Below, one piece after another: positions 21,921 through 31,883 of a DNA stretch of 64,000 nucleotides. The stretch spans positions 384,001 through 448,000 of the forward strand of contig CAVVEU010000008.1 in the NCBI GenBank assembly GCA_963747235.1. The letters run 5' to 3'. Numbering within the stretch: position 1 is the stretch's first letter; every line of letters begins with the position of its first letter. The position numbers were made by a program, and so were the translations under genes. Origin of the DNA: an uncultured Candidatus Rokubacteria bacterium. Lineage in GTDB: Bacteria; Methylomirabilota; Methylomirabilia; Rokubacteriales; CSP1-6. The notes under the pieces are model-generated. The model saw nothing but the letters and a program-made list of their open reading frames with translations. It did not search any database and was not told the origin of the DNA.

Positions 21921-22794
21921 CCGCAGGACGTCGTTCTTGAAGCGCTCGAGCGTTCGCACGTGCTCCTCGGGGTCCGGAAGACCGAGCCCCATCGTGTTGA
22001 CGCACAGGTGGGTGATGCCGCGCATCGCGCGCCACGAGGCCATCTCCTTCGCGCGGTCCTCCGGGGGAACCTGAGCCAGGGCCAGGCGACCCTCGATACC
22101 GAACGTGGCCGGGTCGCGGCCCGCCTCCCGGACGAGGCCGTGGAGACGGTCCACGGTCTGCTGGGCGGCGGGGCCGGGGCGGAAGGTCTGTAGCGTGATC
22201 CAGCCGTCGGCGAGGCGGGCCGCGCGGCGGAGGACCGGCTCGCTCTCGCCGCCCATCCAGACCGGAATCGGCCGCTGGACGGGCAAGGGCTTGATGCCCG
22301 GCGTCGGGCACGCGGTGCCACCGTCCCTCGTAGGTCACCAGCTCCCTGGTCCAGAGGAGGCGCATGACCTCGAGCTGCTCCTCGATCCGCTTGCCGCGAT
22401 CGTGGATGTTCTCGCCGAGCGCCTCGAACTCGACGGGGCTCCAGCCGACGCCGACACCCAGGCGCAGCCGCCCGCCCGAGAGGACGTCCACCTCCGCCGC
22501 CTGCTTGGCGACGAGCGCCGTCTGGCGCTGGGGCAGGATGAGGACGCCGGTGACCAGCTCGATGCGCCGCGTGACCGCGGCACAGAAGGCGAAGAGGGCG
22601 AAGGGCTCGTGGAAGGCGTGCCGGTAGTCGAACGGGCTGTCCCAGCCGCCCGGACGGTCGGGGTTGGCGCCGACCACGCTGTCGAAGGCGAGGATGTGCG
22701 TGTAGCCCATCGCCTCGACGGCCTGGGCATAGTCGCGGATCACGGCCGGGTCCTGGCCGATCTCCGTCTGGGGAAAGACGACGCCGATCTTCAT
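21917..22794 (-). CDS. LLM-class F420-dependent oxidoreductase
   Basis: MKIGVVFPQTEIG, HEPF, ILPQRQTALVAKQAAEVDVLSGGRLRLGVGVGW, IPVWMGG, ADGW; frameshift near 22300. Confidence 0.9.
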
Positions 22795-22801
22795 GGGCGC
22801 C

Positions 22802-23185
22802 TCAGGCGCGGCCCTGGGGGCCGCCGCGGAGCTTGGGGTCGGTATCGATGCACCGTTGCAGGACGATGTCGATACGCCCCCCGTAGTAGCCGGACAGGAT
22901 CCCGATGATCGCGGCCAGGAGCGTGCTGATGGCCACCGCGCCGAGCCCGAGGAGCATCGAGATGCGCGCGCCGTGGATGACGCGGCTCAGGATGTCGCGC
23001 CCGAAGTCGTCCGTCCCCAGCGGGTGGCTCAAGCTGGGGGCCTGCAGGCGGTCCGCGGATTTCATCTTGATCGGATCATAGGGCGCGAGCACCGGCGCCA
23101 GGAGGGCTGTCGTCACGAGACCGATGATGAGGAGGCCGCCCAGCGCGCCCAGCGGCTTGCCCCGCATCATCCGGAACACGGACAT
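22802..23185 (-). pseudogene. Truncated DppC/OppC ABC permease
   Basis: HPLGTDDFGRDILSRVIHGARIS; similarity stops after LQRCID at about 110 aa; no ATPase genes follow. Confidence 0.8.
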
Positions 23186-23195
23186 GCCGCGGCTC

Positions 23196-24140
23196 CTATC
23201 CGAACCGGATCCGCGGGTCGAGGTAGCCGTAGACCACGTCGATCACCAGGTTCAGCACGATGACGCCGGTGGCCAGGAACAGGTTGATGCCCTGGATGAC
23301 CGGGTAGTCGCGCCAGGTGATGGCGTCGAGCAGGAACTTCCCCATGCCCGGGATGACGAAGATGCTCTCCATGATGACGGTCCCGCCGAGGAGGGCCGAG
23401 AGCTGGAGGCCCATCACGGTGACCACCGGGATCATCGCGTTCTTCAGCACGTGCCGGAAGATGACCAGGGACTCCGGCAGGCCCTTGGCCCACGCGGTGC
23501 GGACGTAGTCCTCGCGCAGGACCTCGAGCACCATCGAGCGCGTCATGCGCATGACGCTCGCGGACAGGGCGAGTCCCAGGATGACGGCGGGGAGGACGAG
23601 CTGGGAGAGGTTCTTCACCGGGTCCCGGGCGAACGGCGTGTAGCGCATCGGCGGCACCCACTGCCACCAGATCGACGCGGCCACGATGACCACGGTGGCC
23701 ATCCAGAAGCCGGGCACGGAGAGCCCGCCGATGGCGCCGGTGCGGAACAGGTAGTCGAGCCAGGTATCCTGGCGGACCGCCGAGAAGATGCCGGTGGGCA
23801 CCGCGATCAGGAGGCCGAAGAACATGGCGAGGACGGCCAGCTCGAGGCTCACCGGGAGCCGTCGCAGGATCTCGTCGAGGACCGGCTCCTTGGTCCAGAA
23901 GGACACGCCCAGGTCGCCCTGCAGCACCTTCGCGACGTAGGTGACGTATTGCCGGTGGAAGGGCTGATCGAGGCCCAGCATCTGCTCGAGCTTGGCCTTG
24001 TCGCTGGCGTAACCCTGCTCGCTCATCATCAGGGTCACGATGTCACCCGGAAGCAGCCGGATGATGGAGAAGACCAGCAGGGTGACGAGGGCCAACGTCG
24101 GCAGCAGCAGCATCAGCCGACGCAGAACGTAGCGGGACAC
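23196..24140 (-). CDS. DppB/OppB ABC permease
   Basis: GDLGVSF, MRMTRSMVLEVLREDYVRTAWAKGL (EAA), RDYPVIQG, LDPRI. Confidence 0.95.
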   Translation of the reverse strand: MSRYVLRRLMLLLPTLALVTLLVFSIIRLLPGDIVTLMMSEQGYASDKAKLEQMLGLDQPFHRQYVTYVAKVLQGDLGVSFWTKEPVLDEILRRLPVSLELAVLAMFFGLLIAVPTGIFSAVRQDTWLDYLFRTGAIGGLSVPGFWMATVVIVAASIWWQWVPPMRYTPFARDPVKNLSQLVLPAVILGLALSASVMRMTRSMVLEVLREDYVRTAWAKGLPESLVIFRHVLKNAMIPVVTVMGLQLSALLGGTVIMESIFVIPGMGKFLLDAITWRDYPVIQGINLFLATGVIVLNLVIDVVYGYLDPRIRFG

Positions 24141-24155
24141 GCCCTCGGCCGGCCG

Positions 24156-25752
24156 TCAGGCCTTCTTGCCGTCGAGCCAGATCTCCTCGTAGCGCTGGTC
24201 GTAGGCGTTGATCGGCACCGTGTAGTTCTTCACCCAAGGCTGGACGCCGTAATGCGTGATCGGGGTGTAGAGGAACACGTTGGGGGCGTCGTCGAGCAGC
24301 AGCCGCTGGATCTGGTGGACCATGTCCACGCGCTTCTTCAGATCCAGGATCTTGGCCTGCTCGTCGATCAGGCGGTGGATCTCGCGATTTCCCCACCGGT
24401 AGTACGTGGCGTTGGCGCCGTAGTACGGACGGATCGCCTCCTCCGGCTCCTCCCCGGTGAGCGCGGTGTGCACGCTCATCGAGTAGTCGTACGAGTAGCT
24501 CTTGTTGTAGTACTGGGCCATCTCCATCGGCTTCAGGTTGACCTGGATGCCCACCTTGGCGAGCTGATCCTTCACCACTTGGGCGCTCTTCACGTTGTCA
24601 CCCGGGCTGCCGACGATGAGCTCGGTCTCGAAGCCGTTGGCATAGCCGGCCTCGGTGAGCAGGCGCTTGGCCTTCTTGAGATCGAACTCCGGCCGCGCGG
24701 AGGCCGGGAGCGCCCACGGCTTGCGGTAGGTGGGGATGGGGCCGGTCATGGTCACGCCCCAGCCGCTGCGCACGATCTCGATAAACTCTTCCTGCTTGAT
24801 CGCGGCCTGGATCGCCTGGCGCACCTTCTTCTCGGTGAAGGGCGGCTTGAGCGGGCGCTGCTCGTCATAGGGCCGGGTGCGCAGCACGATGGGGAACATC
24901 GTGGTGATCTCGGCCACCTTGATCTTCGCGTTCGAGGCTCTTGATCGAGGGCACGTCGGCGAACTCCAGCAGGGAGATGTCGGTCTGCTGCCCGCGGAAC
25001 GCAGCGGTGGCCGCCACCGGATCGATGACGTACTGGATGCGGACCTCGTCCAGGTAGGGCAGCCCCTTCTTGAAGTAGTGGGGGTTCTTGACGAACACCG
25101 CCTCCTGCTCGCGCCGGTACTCCTGCATGACGAAGGGGCCGGTGCCGATCGCGTGGCGCTGCAGGTCGCCGTGCTTCTCCACCACCTCGCGCGCCACGAT
25201 CACGGTCCAGGGGCTGGCGATGTAGTTCAGGAACGGCGCGTACGGCTCCTTGGTCTTGAAGACGATCGTGTACTTGTCCGGCGTCTGGATGCTCGCCAGC
25301 TTCCCGAGGAAGAAGTAGGCGTGCTGGAACTTCCCCGGCTGGTCCGTCATCTGACGCTCGATGCTGTACTTGACGTCCTCCGACGTGAGCTCGCGTCCAT
25401 TCACCGGCGGCACGTTGTGGAACTGGACGCCCTGGCGCAGGCTGAAGGAATACGTGAGGTCGTCCTTCTGCTCCCAGCTCTCGGCCAGGTCCGGCAGGAT
25501 CTTCGTGCCGTCGTGATTGAACTTCAGGAGGGCGTTGTACGTCTGGTGGATCACCTGGAGGGCGGCGGCCCAGGTTTCGAGATGCGGGTCGATGCCGCGG
25601 ATCGGCCCGCTCCGCACGACCAGGGTGCCGCCGCGCTTGGCCTCGCCCTTGTCCTGGGCCCACGTGACGCGGGGCCCGGCCGCGGTCAGGCCGACGCCCA
25701 CGGCGCCAGCGTGGAGAAAGCTACGTCGCGACACGTGGTGGGCAGGCTTCAT
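24156..25752 (-). CDS. Family 5 ABC substrate-binding protein with Tat signal
   Basis: SRRSFL, PDLAESW, LRQGVQFH, IGTGPF, KGLPYLD; frameshift near 24920. Confidence 0.92.
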
Positions 25753-25790
25753 GGCGAACTCTCCCTGTTCTTCGTTGAGCAGGGGACTGC

Positions 25791-25837
25791 GTGGTGGTGG
25801 CTGGCCCGTGGTGGTGGGTGGCCCGTGGTGGTGGCTG
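25791..25837. repeat. Tandem 17-bp repeat, about 2.8 copies
   Basis: GTGGTGGTGGCTGGCCC / GTGGTGGTGGGTGGCCC / GTGGTGGTGGCTG. Confidence 0.8.
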
Positions 25838-25910
25838 AGAGGATGGCCTGTCCGACGATCGGAGTCAAGGACCGGGCGATGCCCTTTATACTGGAGGCGA
25901 GGAGGCTCGC

Positions 25911-26226
25911 ATGCGTCCCGTTCCGGTCTGTGCCCCCCGCCGCGCCACCTTCTCCGTGGGTGGCCGGCGACTCGGCGCCCGCGTCGCGGCCGACGTGGAC
26001 GGCTATCACGGTGGAGTCAACCGATCTTCCCGCCTGCTGGGCGTTCGCGCCCACGCTGGACGGAGCGCTCGAAAGCCTCGCCCAGCAGGTCGCCCCCGCC
26101 CTCGCGACCCATCCGCTCCCGCCGCTGCCCCCGCACTCTCTCGACCGTCGCCCTGATCTGCGGGCCCGGTTCGCCCGCGTGGTGGCCCGCGCGCTCGGCC
26201 GGCCGATCGACTCGACTCGCGCCTGA
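25911..26226 (+). CDS. Small HicB-like-fold protein (one frameshift)
   Basis: SD GAGGAGG; joined reading ...ADVDGY/TVESTDLPACWAFAPTLDGALESLAQQV resembles the HicB N-terminal pattern (DGY...PDLPGC...GxTxEEA). Confidence 0.5.
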
Positions 26227-26230
26227 CGCG

Positions 26231-26902
26231 CTATTCCTCGGGGCCGATCTCGTCGGCGTAGCATACCGGCGAGGCCGGCGCGCCGGGCTTGCCCGGGGCC
26301 GCCTCTCCGAGGAACACGAGCCCGCCCGGGTCGCGCCGGTACACCCCGCGCTCGGTGACGATCCAGTCCATCGGCATGTCCCAGGCCTGGGGCCGGATGG
26401 TCGGCATCCGCCCCAGCTCGTAGCCGACGCCGATGGCGATGGGCCGCTTCGGCAGGCCGGCCAGGGTCCGGTCGAAGTAGCCGCCGCCGTAGCCCAGACG
26501 ATGACCGGCCTCGTCCCACCCGTGGAGCGGCACCAGCACGACGGTCGGCACGACGGGGTCGGCGCGCGCCGGGTAGGGGATGCCGAGCGGCCCCGCGGCG
26601 AGCGCCACGCCGGGATGCCACTCGCGGAACACGAGCGGCTGCCGCGGCGCGACGACCATCGGCAGCGCGGTCACCGCGCCGCGCCCGCGCAGCTTCTCGG
26701 TCAGGGGGCGCGCGTCGTACTCTCCGCGCATCGGCCAGCAGAAGGCGACCGTCGCGGCCGCGAGGCCGGGGAACGAGCGCTCGAGATGCGCGTCGATCCG
26801 CCGGCGGAAGCGCTCGAGCGTCGCGGCGTCGAGGCGTTCACGCTCGCCGATCAGCCGCTCGCGCTCGGCGGCGCGCCAGGTCTTGAGCTCGTCGGAGGTC
26901 AT
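26231..26902 (-). CDS. 5-formyltetrahydrofolate cyclo-ligase
   Basis: GPLGIPYP, VLVPLHGWD, RLGYGGGYFDRTLA, DMPMDWIVTE. Confidence 0.92.
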   Translation of the reverse strand: MTSDELKTWRAAERERLIGERERLDAATLERFRRRIDAHLERSFPGLAAATVAFCWPMRGEYDARPLTEKLRGRGAVTALPMVVAPRQPLVFREWHPGVALAAGPLGIPYPARADPVVPTVVLVPLHGWDEAGHRLGYGGGYFDRTLAGLPKRPIAIGVGYELGRMPTIRPQAWDMPMDWIVTERGVYRRDPGGLVFLGEAAPGKPGAPASPVCYADEIGPEE

Positions 26903-26929
26903 CGCGCGGTCATGCTATATATACCCCCG

Positions 26930-27667
26930 ATGCCGACCTTGCGACACGGCGACGCCACGATCTATTACGAGGAGTTCGGCCAGGGCTTCCCGATCCTCAC
27001 CTTCGCCCCGGCGGGGCTGCAGTCGACGATCGAGGTCTGGAGCCGGCCGGCCGCGCCCATCAACCCCACCACCGAGCTCGCGGCGAGCTTCCGGGTGATC
27101 GCGATGGACCAGCGCAACGCGGGTGGCCGGTCGCATGCCCCGATCACCGCGCGGGACGGCTGGCTCACGTACACCGGCGACCACCTCGCGCTGCTCGACC
27201 ACCTGGGCATCGATCGGTGCCACCTCTACGGCCAGTGCATCGGGGGATCGTTCATCCTGAGCCTGCTGAAGGCCCAGCCCGGCCGCGTGGCCGCGGCAGT
27301 GCTCGCCCAGCCGATCGGGCGGGTGGGGCCGATGGTGGCCGGCCGCAGTCCGAGATTCCAGGCGTGGGTCGAGACCCTCACGGATCACCCCGAGGCCACC
27401 CCCATGGTCCTGGACGCGCTCTCGCGGAACCTGTACGAGCCCGGCTTCGTCTACTGCGTGGACCGCGCGTTCGTGTCCACCTGCGCGGCTCCGTGCCTGG
27501 TCCTGGCGGGCAACGACGAGGCGCACCCGCTGCCGATCTCGGAGGAGCTGGCGAAGCTGCTCCCGACGTGCGAGCTCGTCCGGGAGTGGAAGACCGAGCC
27601 GGCCCTGACCTCGGCGCGGAAGCGAGTCACCGACTTCCTGGCGACGCACACGCCCCGGGGATCGTGA
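26930..27667 (+). CDS. Alpha/beta hydrolase with Cys nucleophile motif
   Basis: IYYEEFGQG, AMDQRNAG, GQCIGG, GNDEAHP. Confidence 0.85.
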   Translation: MPTLRHGDATIYYEEFGQGFPILTFAPAGLQSTIEVWSRPAAPINPTTELAASFRVIAMDQRNAGGRSHAPITARDGWLTYTGDHLALLDHLGIDRCHLYGQCIGGSFILSLLKAQPGRVAAAVLAQPIGRVGPMVAGRSPRFQAWVETLTDHPEATPMVLDALSRNLYEPGFVYCVDRAFVSTCAAPCLVLAGNDEAHPLPISEELAKLLPTCELVREWKTEPALTSARKRVTDFLATHTPRGS

Positions 27668-29541
27668 TGGCCGAGCCGGCGGAGCGTCACGAGTTCCAGG
27701 CCGAGGTCCGCGAGCTGCTGGACCTCATGATCCACTCGCTGTACTCGCACAAGGACATCTTCCTGCGCGAGCTGATCTCCAACGCCTCCGACGCCCTCGA
27801 CAAGATCCGCTTCGAGGCGCTGAGCCGCCCGGAGCTGGCCTCGGGCGAGCTCGAGATCATCCTGGAGGTCGACGCCGCGGCCCGCACCCTGGCGGTGCAC
27901 GACAACGGCATCGGCATGAGCCGGGCGGAGGTAGTGGAGAACCTCGGCACCATCGCGCGCTCGGGCACCCGGGAGTTCCTGCGGGCCATCCGCGAGGCCA
28001 AGGCGGCGGCCGCCCCGGAGCTGATCGGGCAGTTCGGGGTGGGCTTCTACGCGAGCTTCATGGTCGCCGATCGCATCACGGTCGTCACGCGGCGCGCGGG
28101 CACCGAGGAGGCCACCCGCTGGGAGTCGATCGGCGACGGCAGCTACACCCTCGAGCCCGCCGAGCGCCCGGCGGCCGGGACCACCGTCACGCTCCATCTC
28201 AAGCCGCAGGACGAGGAGGACGGGCTCAACGACTACACGCAGGCGTCGGCGCTCAAGGACATCGTCAAGCGCTACTCCGACTTCGTGACGTATCCCATTC
28301 GCCTGCAGGGCGAGACGCTCAACTCGATGAAGGCGATCTGGGCCCGCGACCGAGACGCGGTCACCGAGGAGGAGCACCGCGAGTTCTACAAGCACGTCAG
28401 CCACGACTGGAACGACCCGCTCGAGCACCTGAGCGTGCACATGGAAGGGAGCTTCGAGGCGCGCGCCCTCCTCTACATCCCGTCGAAGGCGCCCTTCGAC
28501 CTGCACGACCGCGAGGGCGGCCACCGCGGCCTCTCGCTCTACGTCAAGCGCGTCTTCATCATGGACGACTGGCGGGAGCTGCTGCCGCCGCACCTGCGCT
28601 TCGTGCGCGGCGTGGTCTCCGCGGACGACCTGCCGCTGAACGTCTCGCGCGAGATCCTCCAGAAGAATCGCCAGATCCAGGCCATCCGCAAGTACCTGGT
28701 GCGGCGCCTCCTGACCGCCTTCAAGGAGATGCGAGAGCAGCGGGCGGAGCGGTACCAGACGTTCTGGACCGAGTTCGGCGTGGTGCTCAAGGAGGGGCTC
28801 CTCGGGCTCGAGGAGGAGCCGGAGCGCCTCCTGGAGCTGGTGCTGGCCGCGTCCACCGAGGGCCCGGCCCTCACCTCGCTCGGCGAGTACGTGGCGCGGA
28901 TGAAGACCGGGCAGCCCGCCATCTACTACCTCGCCGCCGCGTCCCGGGAGGCGGCCGAGCGCTCGCCCCACCTGGAGGCGGTGCGGGCGCGCGGTTACGA
29001 GGTGCTGTTCTTCCTGGATCCGATCGACGAGCTGTGGCTGCGCATGCGTCGCGAGTTCGAGGGCAAGCCGCTCACGTCGGTGAGCCAGGGTGGGGTGGAC
29101 CTCGGCGCAGGGGAGGACGGCAAGAAGGACGACGCCGTCCCGAAAGAGCTCGGCGAGCGATTCAAGGACCTGCTCGTCGCGCTGCGGGCGGCGCTGCAGG
29201 ACGAGGTCAAGGACGTGCGCCTGTCGGAGCGGCTGACCTCGTCGCCCGCCTGCCTGGTCGGCCAGCCCGGCGATCTCAGCGCGCACGTCGAGGAGCTGCT
29301 GCGCCGGACCGGGCGCGAGGTGCCGACGGCCAGGCGGGTGCTCGAGGTGAATCCGTCGCACCCCCTGCTGACGCGGCTCCTGGCCTTCCACGCGGCCCAC
29401 GCGGCCGACGAGCGCTTCCAGCGCTACGCGGAGCTGCTGTACGGCCAGGCCATCCTGGCCGAGGGAGGCACGCTGCCCGACCCCGCCGCGTTCAGCCGGC
29501 GCCTGGCCGAGTTGCTCGTCGAAGCCGCCGGGGAAGATTGA
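27667..29541 (+). CDS. htpG: Chaperone HtpG (Hsp90)
   Basis: FQAEV, LYSHKDIFLRELISNASDA, IGQFGVGFY, DLPLNVSREILQ. Confidence 0.97.
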   Translation: MAEPAERHEFQAEVRELLDLMIHSLYSHKDIFLRELISNASDALDKIRFEALSRPELASGELEIILEVDAAARTLAVHDNGIGMSRAEVVENLGTIARSGTREFLRAIREAKAAAAPELIGQFGVGFYASFMVADRITVVTRRAGTEEATRWESIGDGSYTLEPAERPAAGTTVTLHLKPQDEEDGLNDYTQASALKDIVKRYSDFVTYPIRLQGETLNSMKAIWARDRDAVTEEEHREFYKHVSHDWNDPLEHLSVHMEGSFEARALLYIPSKAPFDLHDREGGHRGLSLYVKRVFIMDDWRELLPPHLRFVRGVVSADDLPLNVSREILQKNRQIQAIRKYLVRRLLTAFKEMREQRAERYQTFWTEFGVVLKEGLLGLEEEPERLLELVLAASTEGPALTSLGEYVARMKTGQPAIYYLAAASREAAERSPHLEAVRARGYEVLFFLDPIDELWLRMRREFEGKPLTSVSQGGVDLGAGEDGKKDDAVPKELGERFKDLLVALRAALQDEVKDVRLSERLTSSPACLVGQPGDLSAHVEELLRRTGREVPTARRVLEVNPSHPLLTRLLAFHAAHAADERFQRYAELLYGQAILAEGGTLPDPAAFSRRLAELLVEAAGED

Positions 29542-29555
29542 GGAGCCCGGGTTCC

Positions 29556-29838
29556 ATGCCGTCATACTGGAGCCTTCTCCCCGGCGATCCGGCGCCGTGG
29601 TTCCGGACGACTACGAGGGCGGCGAGATCCGGTTCCCGAGTACGGCCCGCGGCGGTTCAAGCTTCCGGTCGGGGGAGCGGTGGTGTTCTCCTGCTCGCTG
29701 CTCCACGCGGTGTCGCGCATGACGCGCGGCCACCGCTACGCGTTCCTGCCGTTCCTGTACGACGAGGAGGCGTCCAGGCTGCGCGAGACGAACAACGCAT
29801 TCCTGGGCGAGGACGTGGACGTGTATGAGCAAGGGTGA
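29556..29838 (+). pseudogene. Internally deleted redoxin/2OG-Fe(II) oxygenase fusion remnant
   Basis: LLPGDPAPWF (AhpC-like start) joined directly to DYEGGEIRFPEYG...AVVFSCSLLHAV...RYAFLPFLYDE (2OG-Fe(II) C-terminus). Confidence 0.7.
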
Positions 29839-30154
29839 GTGCCTGCTGATCGTGACCGCCGAGGTGGACCCCGCGGTCGAGGCGGAGTGGAATCGGTGGT
29901 ACGACACGGTCCACCTGCCGGACGCGCTCCGGTGCCCGGGCGTGCGGAGCGGCCGACGCTACGTGTCCACCGGCGACGTAGCGGAGACCGCGGGCGGCCG
30001 GACGGAGCGGGCCGCCCGGCGCATCTACACCACCATCTACGAGCTCGACAGTCCGGACGCCACGACCACGCCCGAGTTCCAGGCCATGCGGGGCTGGTAC
30101 CAGTTCGCGCCCCACGTCCGATCGCGCACGCAGACCATCGTACCGGCGCGGTGA
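29825..30154 (+). CDS. EthD/DUF4286-like small dimeric alpha/beta-barrel protein
   Basis: EAEWNRWYDTVHLPDALRCPGVRSGRRY...IYELDS. Confidence 0.7.
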   Translation: MSKGECLLIVTAEVDPAVEAEWNRWYDTVHLPDALRCPGVRSGRRYVSTGDVAETAGGRTERAARRIYTTIYELDSPDATTTPEFQAMRGWYQFAPHVRSRTQTIVPAR

Positions 30155-30176
30155 AGACCGCAAGAGGAGGTGCATC

Positions 30177-30653
30177 GTGATCTGGGGAATGACGACGGCG
30201 ACGTTCACGCTCGTACACGTGGTGCTGAGCTTGATCGGGATCGGCGCGGGGTTGATCGTGATGGTCGGCCTGTTCTCGGGGAGGCTGCCGCAGGGCTGGA
30301 ACACGCTGTTCCTGGTCACGACGGTGGCCACCAGCGTGACCGGCTTCGGCTTCCCGTTCGATCACCTGTTGCCGTCGCACAAGGTCGGGATCATCTCCCT
30401 GGTGATCCTGGCGGTGGCGGTCCTCGCGCGGTATGGGTTTCACCTCGCGAGGAGCTGGCGGCGCGTCTACGTGATCAGCGCCGCGATCGCGCTCTACTTG
30501 AACGTCTTCGTGGCGGTCACGCAGGCGTTCCTGAAGATCCCGGTCTTGACCGCGCTGGCGCCGACGCAGGCGGAGCCGCCGTTCGCGATCGTGCAGCTCG
30601 CGGTCCTGGCGCTCTTCATCGCGCTCACCGTGGTGGCGATGAAGAAGGCCTGA
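30177..30653 (+). CDS. Hypothetical membrane protein
   Basis: SD GAGGAGG; 5 hydrophobic segments; HVVLSLIGI, TSVTGFGFP, LAPTQAEPPF. Confidence 0.75.
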   Translation: MIWGMTTATFTLVHVVLSLIGIGAGLIVMVGLFSGRLPQGWNTLFLVTTVATSVTGFGFPFDHLLPSHKVGIISLVILAVAVLARYGFHLARSWRRVYVISAAIALYLNVFVAVTQAFLKIPVLTALAPTQAEPPFAIVQLAVLALFIALTVVAMKKA

Positions 30654-30666
30654 GGCCGACGACCGC

Positions 30667-31497
30667 TCAGGCCTTCCGGGAGCCCTTGCCGTCCTTGTGG
30701 ACCAGGGCGACCGCGGCCTCGGCGGTGAGGACGCGGAAGGCCATCGTCTCGACCAGGTAGAGCCGCACCGCCCGGTCGGTGTGGCTCTGGTACGCGATCG
30801 ACAGGTCGCGGCCGATCGTGAGCTCGAAGTCACCCCCGCGGAGGCTCAGCACCACCGCGCCCTTGACCGCGGGCGCCCACACGAGCGGGCCGTCCACCAG
30901 CTTGCGGACCACGTTGAGCACCGGGTAGCCGCCGTCGCCCACCGCCTGGGTGAGGCCGGTGTAGTAGCGCGGCCCCATCGCGATGGCGTAGGGCCCGTCC
31001 ACGCCGGCCAGGCGCAGGAGCCGGGTCGCCTCCGCGATGCTGTGCGGGTACTCCTGGTAGTCGTCGGGGATCGGCAGGATGGGATGAGACGAAGCCTGGT
31101 CGATGCCCTTGATTCCCCCGGCCGCGTAGCCGTGAAAGATCGCGGTGTCCTCGGCGAGGGCGATGCGGGTGGCGGCGTCGATCAGGGGCTGCAGCTCCGG
31201 ATCCTCCGCGCCGCGCTCGACCGCGTCGAGCTCCTCGCGCGACAGCTCGAAGTACGAGCGGAGCTCGATGAGGGGCAGCACCTGCCGCCGGGAGGCCTCG
31301 ACGTCGGCGGCCGGCGCGCTGCTCAACGGCTCGCGGCGACCGGTGTTCACCGCCGCCGCGGTCGGGCCGAGCGGCCCGTCGAAGTCCACGAGCTTCCGGC
31401 CGGCGAGCTTGAGCTTGAGGACGCGGCTGGCCTCGTCGTCGATCTCCTTCCACGCCGCGGTCGAGACGGGGGCGAGCTCCCGCTTCAGGTTGTTCAC
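30667..31497 (-). CDS. Family 1 encapsulin shell protein (linocin M18-like)
   Basis: MNNLKRELAPVSTAAWKEID, GRKLVDFDGPLG, AEDTAIFHGY, RGGDFELTIGRDLSIAY. Confidence 0.96.
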   Translation of the reverse strand: MNNLKRELAPVSTAAWKEIDDEASRVLKLKLAGRKLVDFDGPLGPTAAAVNTGRREPLSSAPAADVEASRRQVLPLIELRSYFELSREELDAVERGAEDPELQPLIDAATRIALAEDTAIFHGYAAGGIKGIDQASSHPILPIPDDYQEYPHSIAEATRLLRLAGVDGPYAIAMGPRYYTGLTQAVGDGGYPVLNVVRKLVDGPLVWAPAVKGAVVLSLRGGDFELTIGRDLSIAYQSHTDRAVRLYLVETMAFRVLTAEAAVALVHKDGKGSRKA

Positions 31498-31883
31498 AGG
31501 CTCTGCCCTCCCTTGAGGCTGCCGATGCCGAGCGAGCCGCCGCCATCGCCCGCCGCCGCGCCGCCCTCGTCACCGCCGCCCGCCCCGGCCTGCTCCCGCG
31601 CGATCAGCGAGCCGCTCGTGAACAGGTACTCCTTGAGGTGCGCGTCCATCTTGGCGTCGCGCCGCCGGTACCACTCGAGCAGCATCGCGAAGTGCTCCTT
31701 CTCCTCGTCGCGGTTGTGGGCCAGGATGTCCTTCAGGTCCTGGTCGGTCGCCGCGTCGACGCGCTGGTCGTACCAGTCGGCCGCCTCCAGCTCTTCCTGC
31801 ATGGAGGTGAGCGCCCGGTGGTTGTCCTGGGTCTCCGGCCGCAGCTTGCTTTCCGATTCGTGGTATCCCGCCGAGTTCGCCAT
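31494..31883 (-). CDS. Encapsulated ferritin-like protein (EncFtn) with cargo-loading peptide
   Basis: EELEAADWYDQR, HNRDEEKEH ferroxidase motifs; Gly-rich linker then GSLGIGSLKG. Confidence 0.95.
   Translation of the reverse strand: MANSAGYHESESKLRPETQDNHRALTSMQEELEAADWYDQRVDAATDQDLKDILAHNRDEEKEHFAMLLEWYRRRDAKMDAHLKEYLFTSGSLIAREQAGAGGGDEGGAAAGDGGGSLGIGSLKGGQSL

Noticed and set aside
19750-22794. 1014-aa ORF fusing LLM and MFS, and other long antisense ORFs (27451-29565, 34660-36792)
   Set aside because: Frameshift run-through or shadow ORFs typical of high-GC DNA; the real genes are recognisable separately.
25791-25837. Possible mini CRISPR array
   Set aside because: Repeats are contiguous with no spacers, and no cas genes are present.
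26903-26929. 6S RNA expected upstream of 5-formyl-THF cyclo-ligase
   Set aside because: Only 27 nt separate it from the divergent hydrolase gene.
30667-31497. Prophage capsid (HK97 fold)
   Set aside because: Sequence and cargo gene identify an encapsulin; no phage genes nearby.
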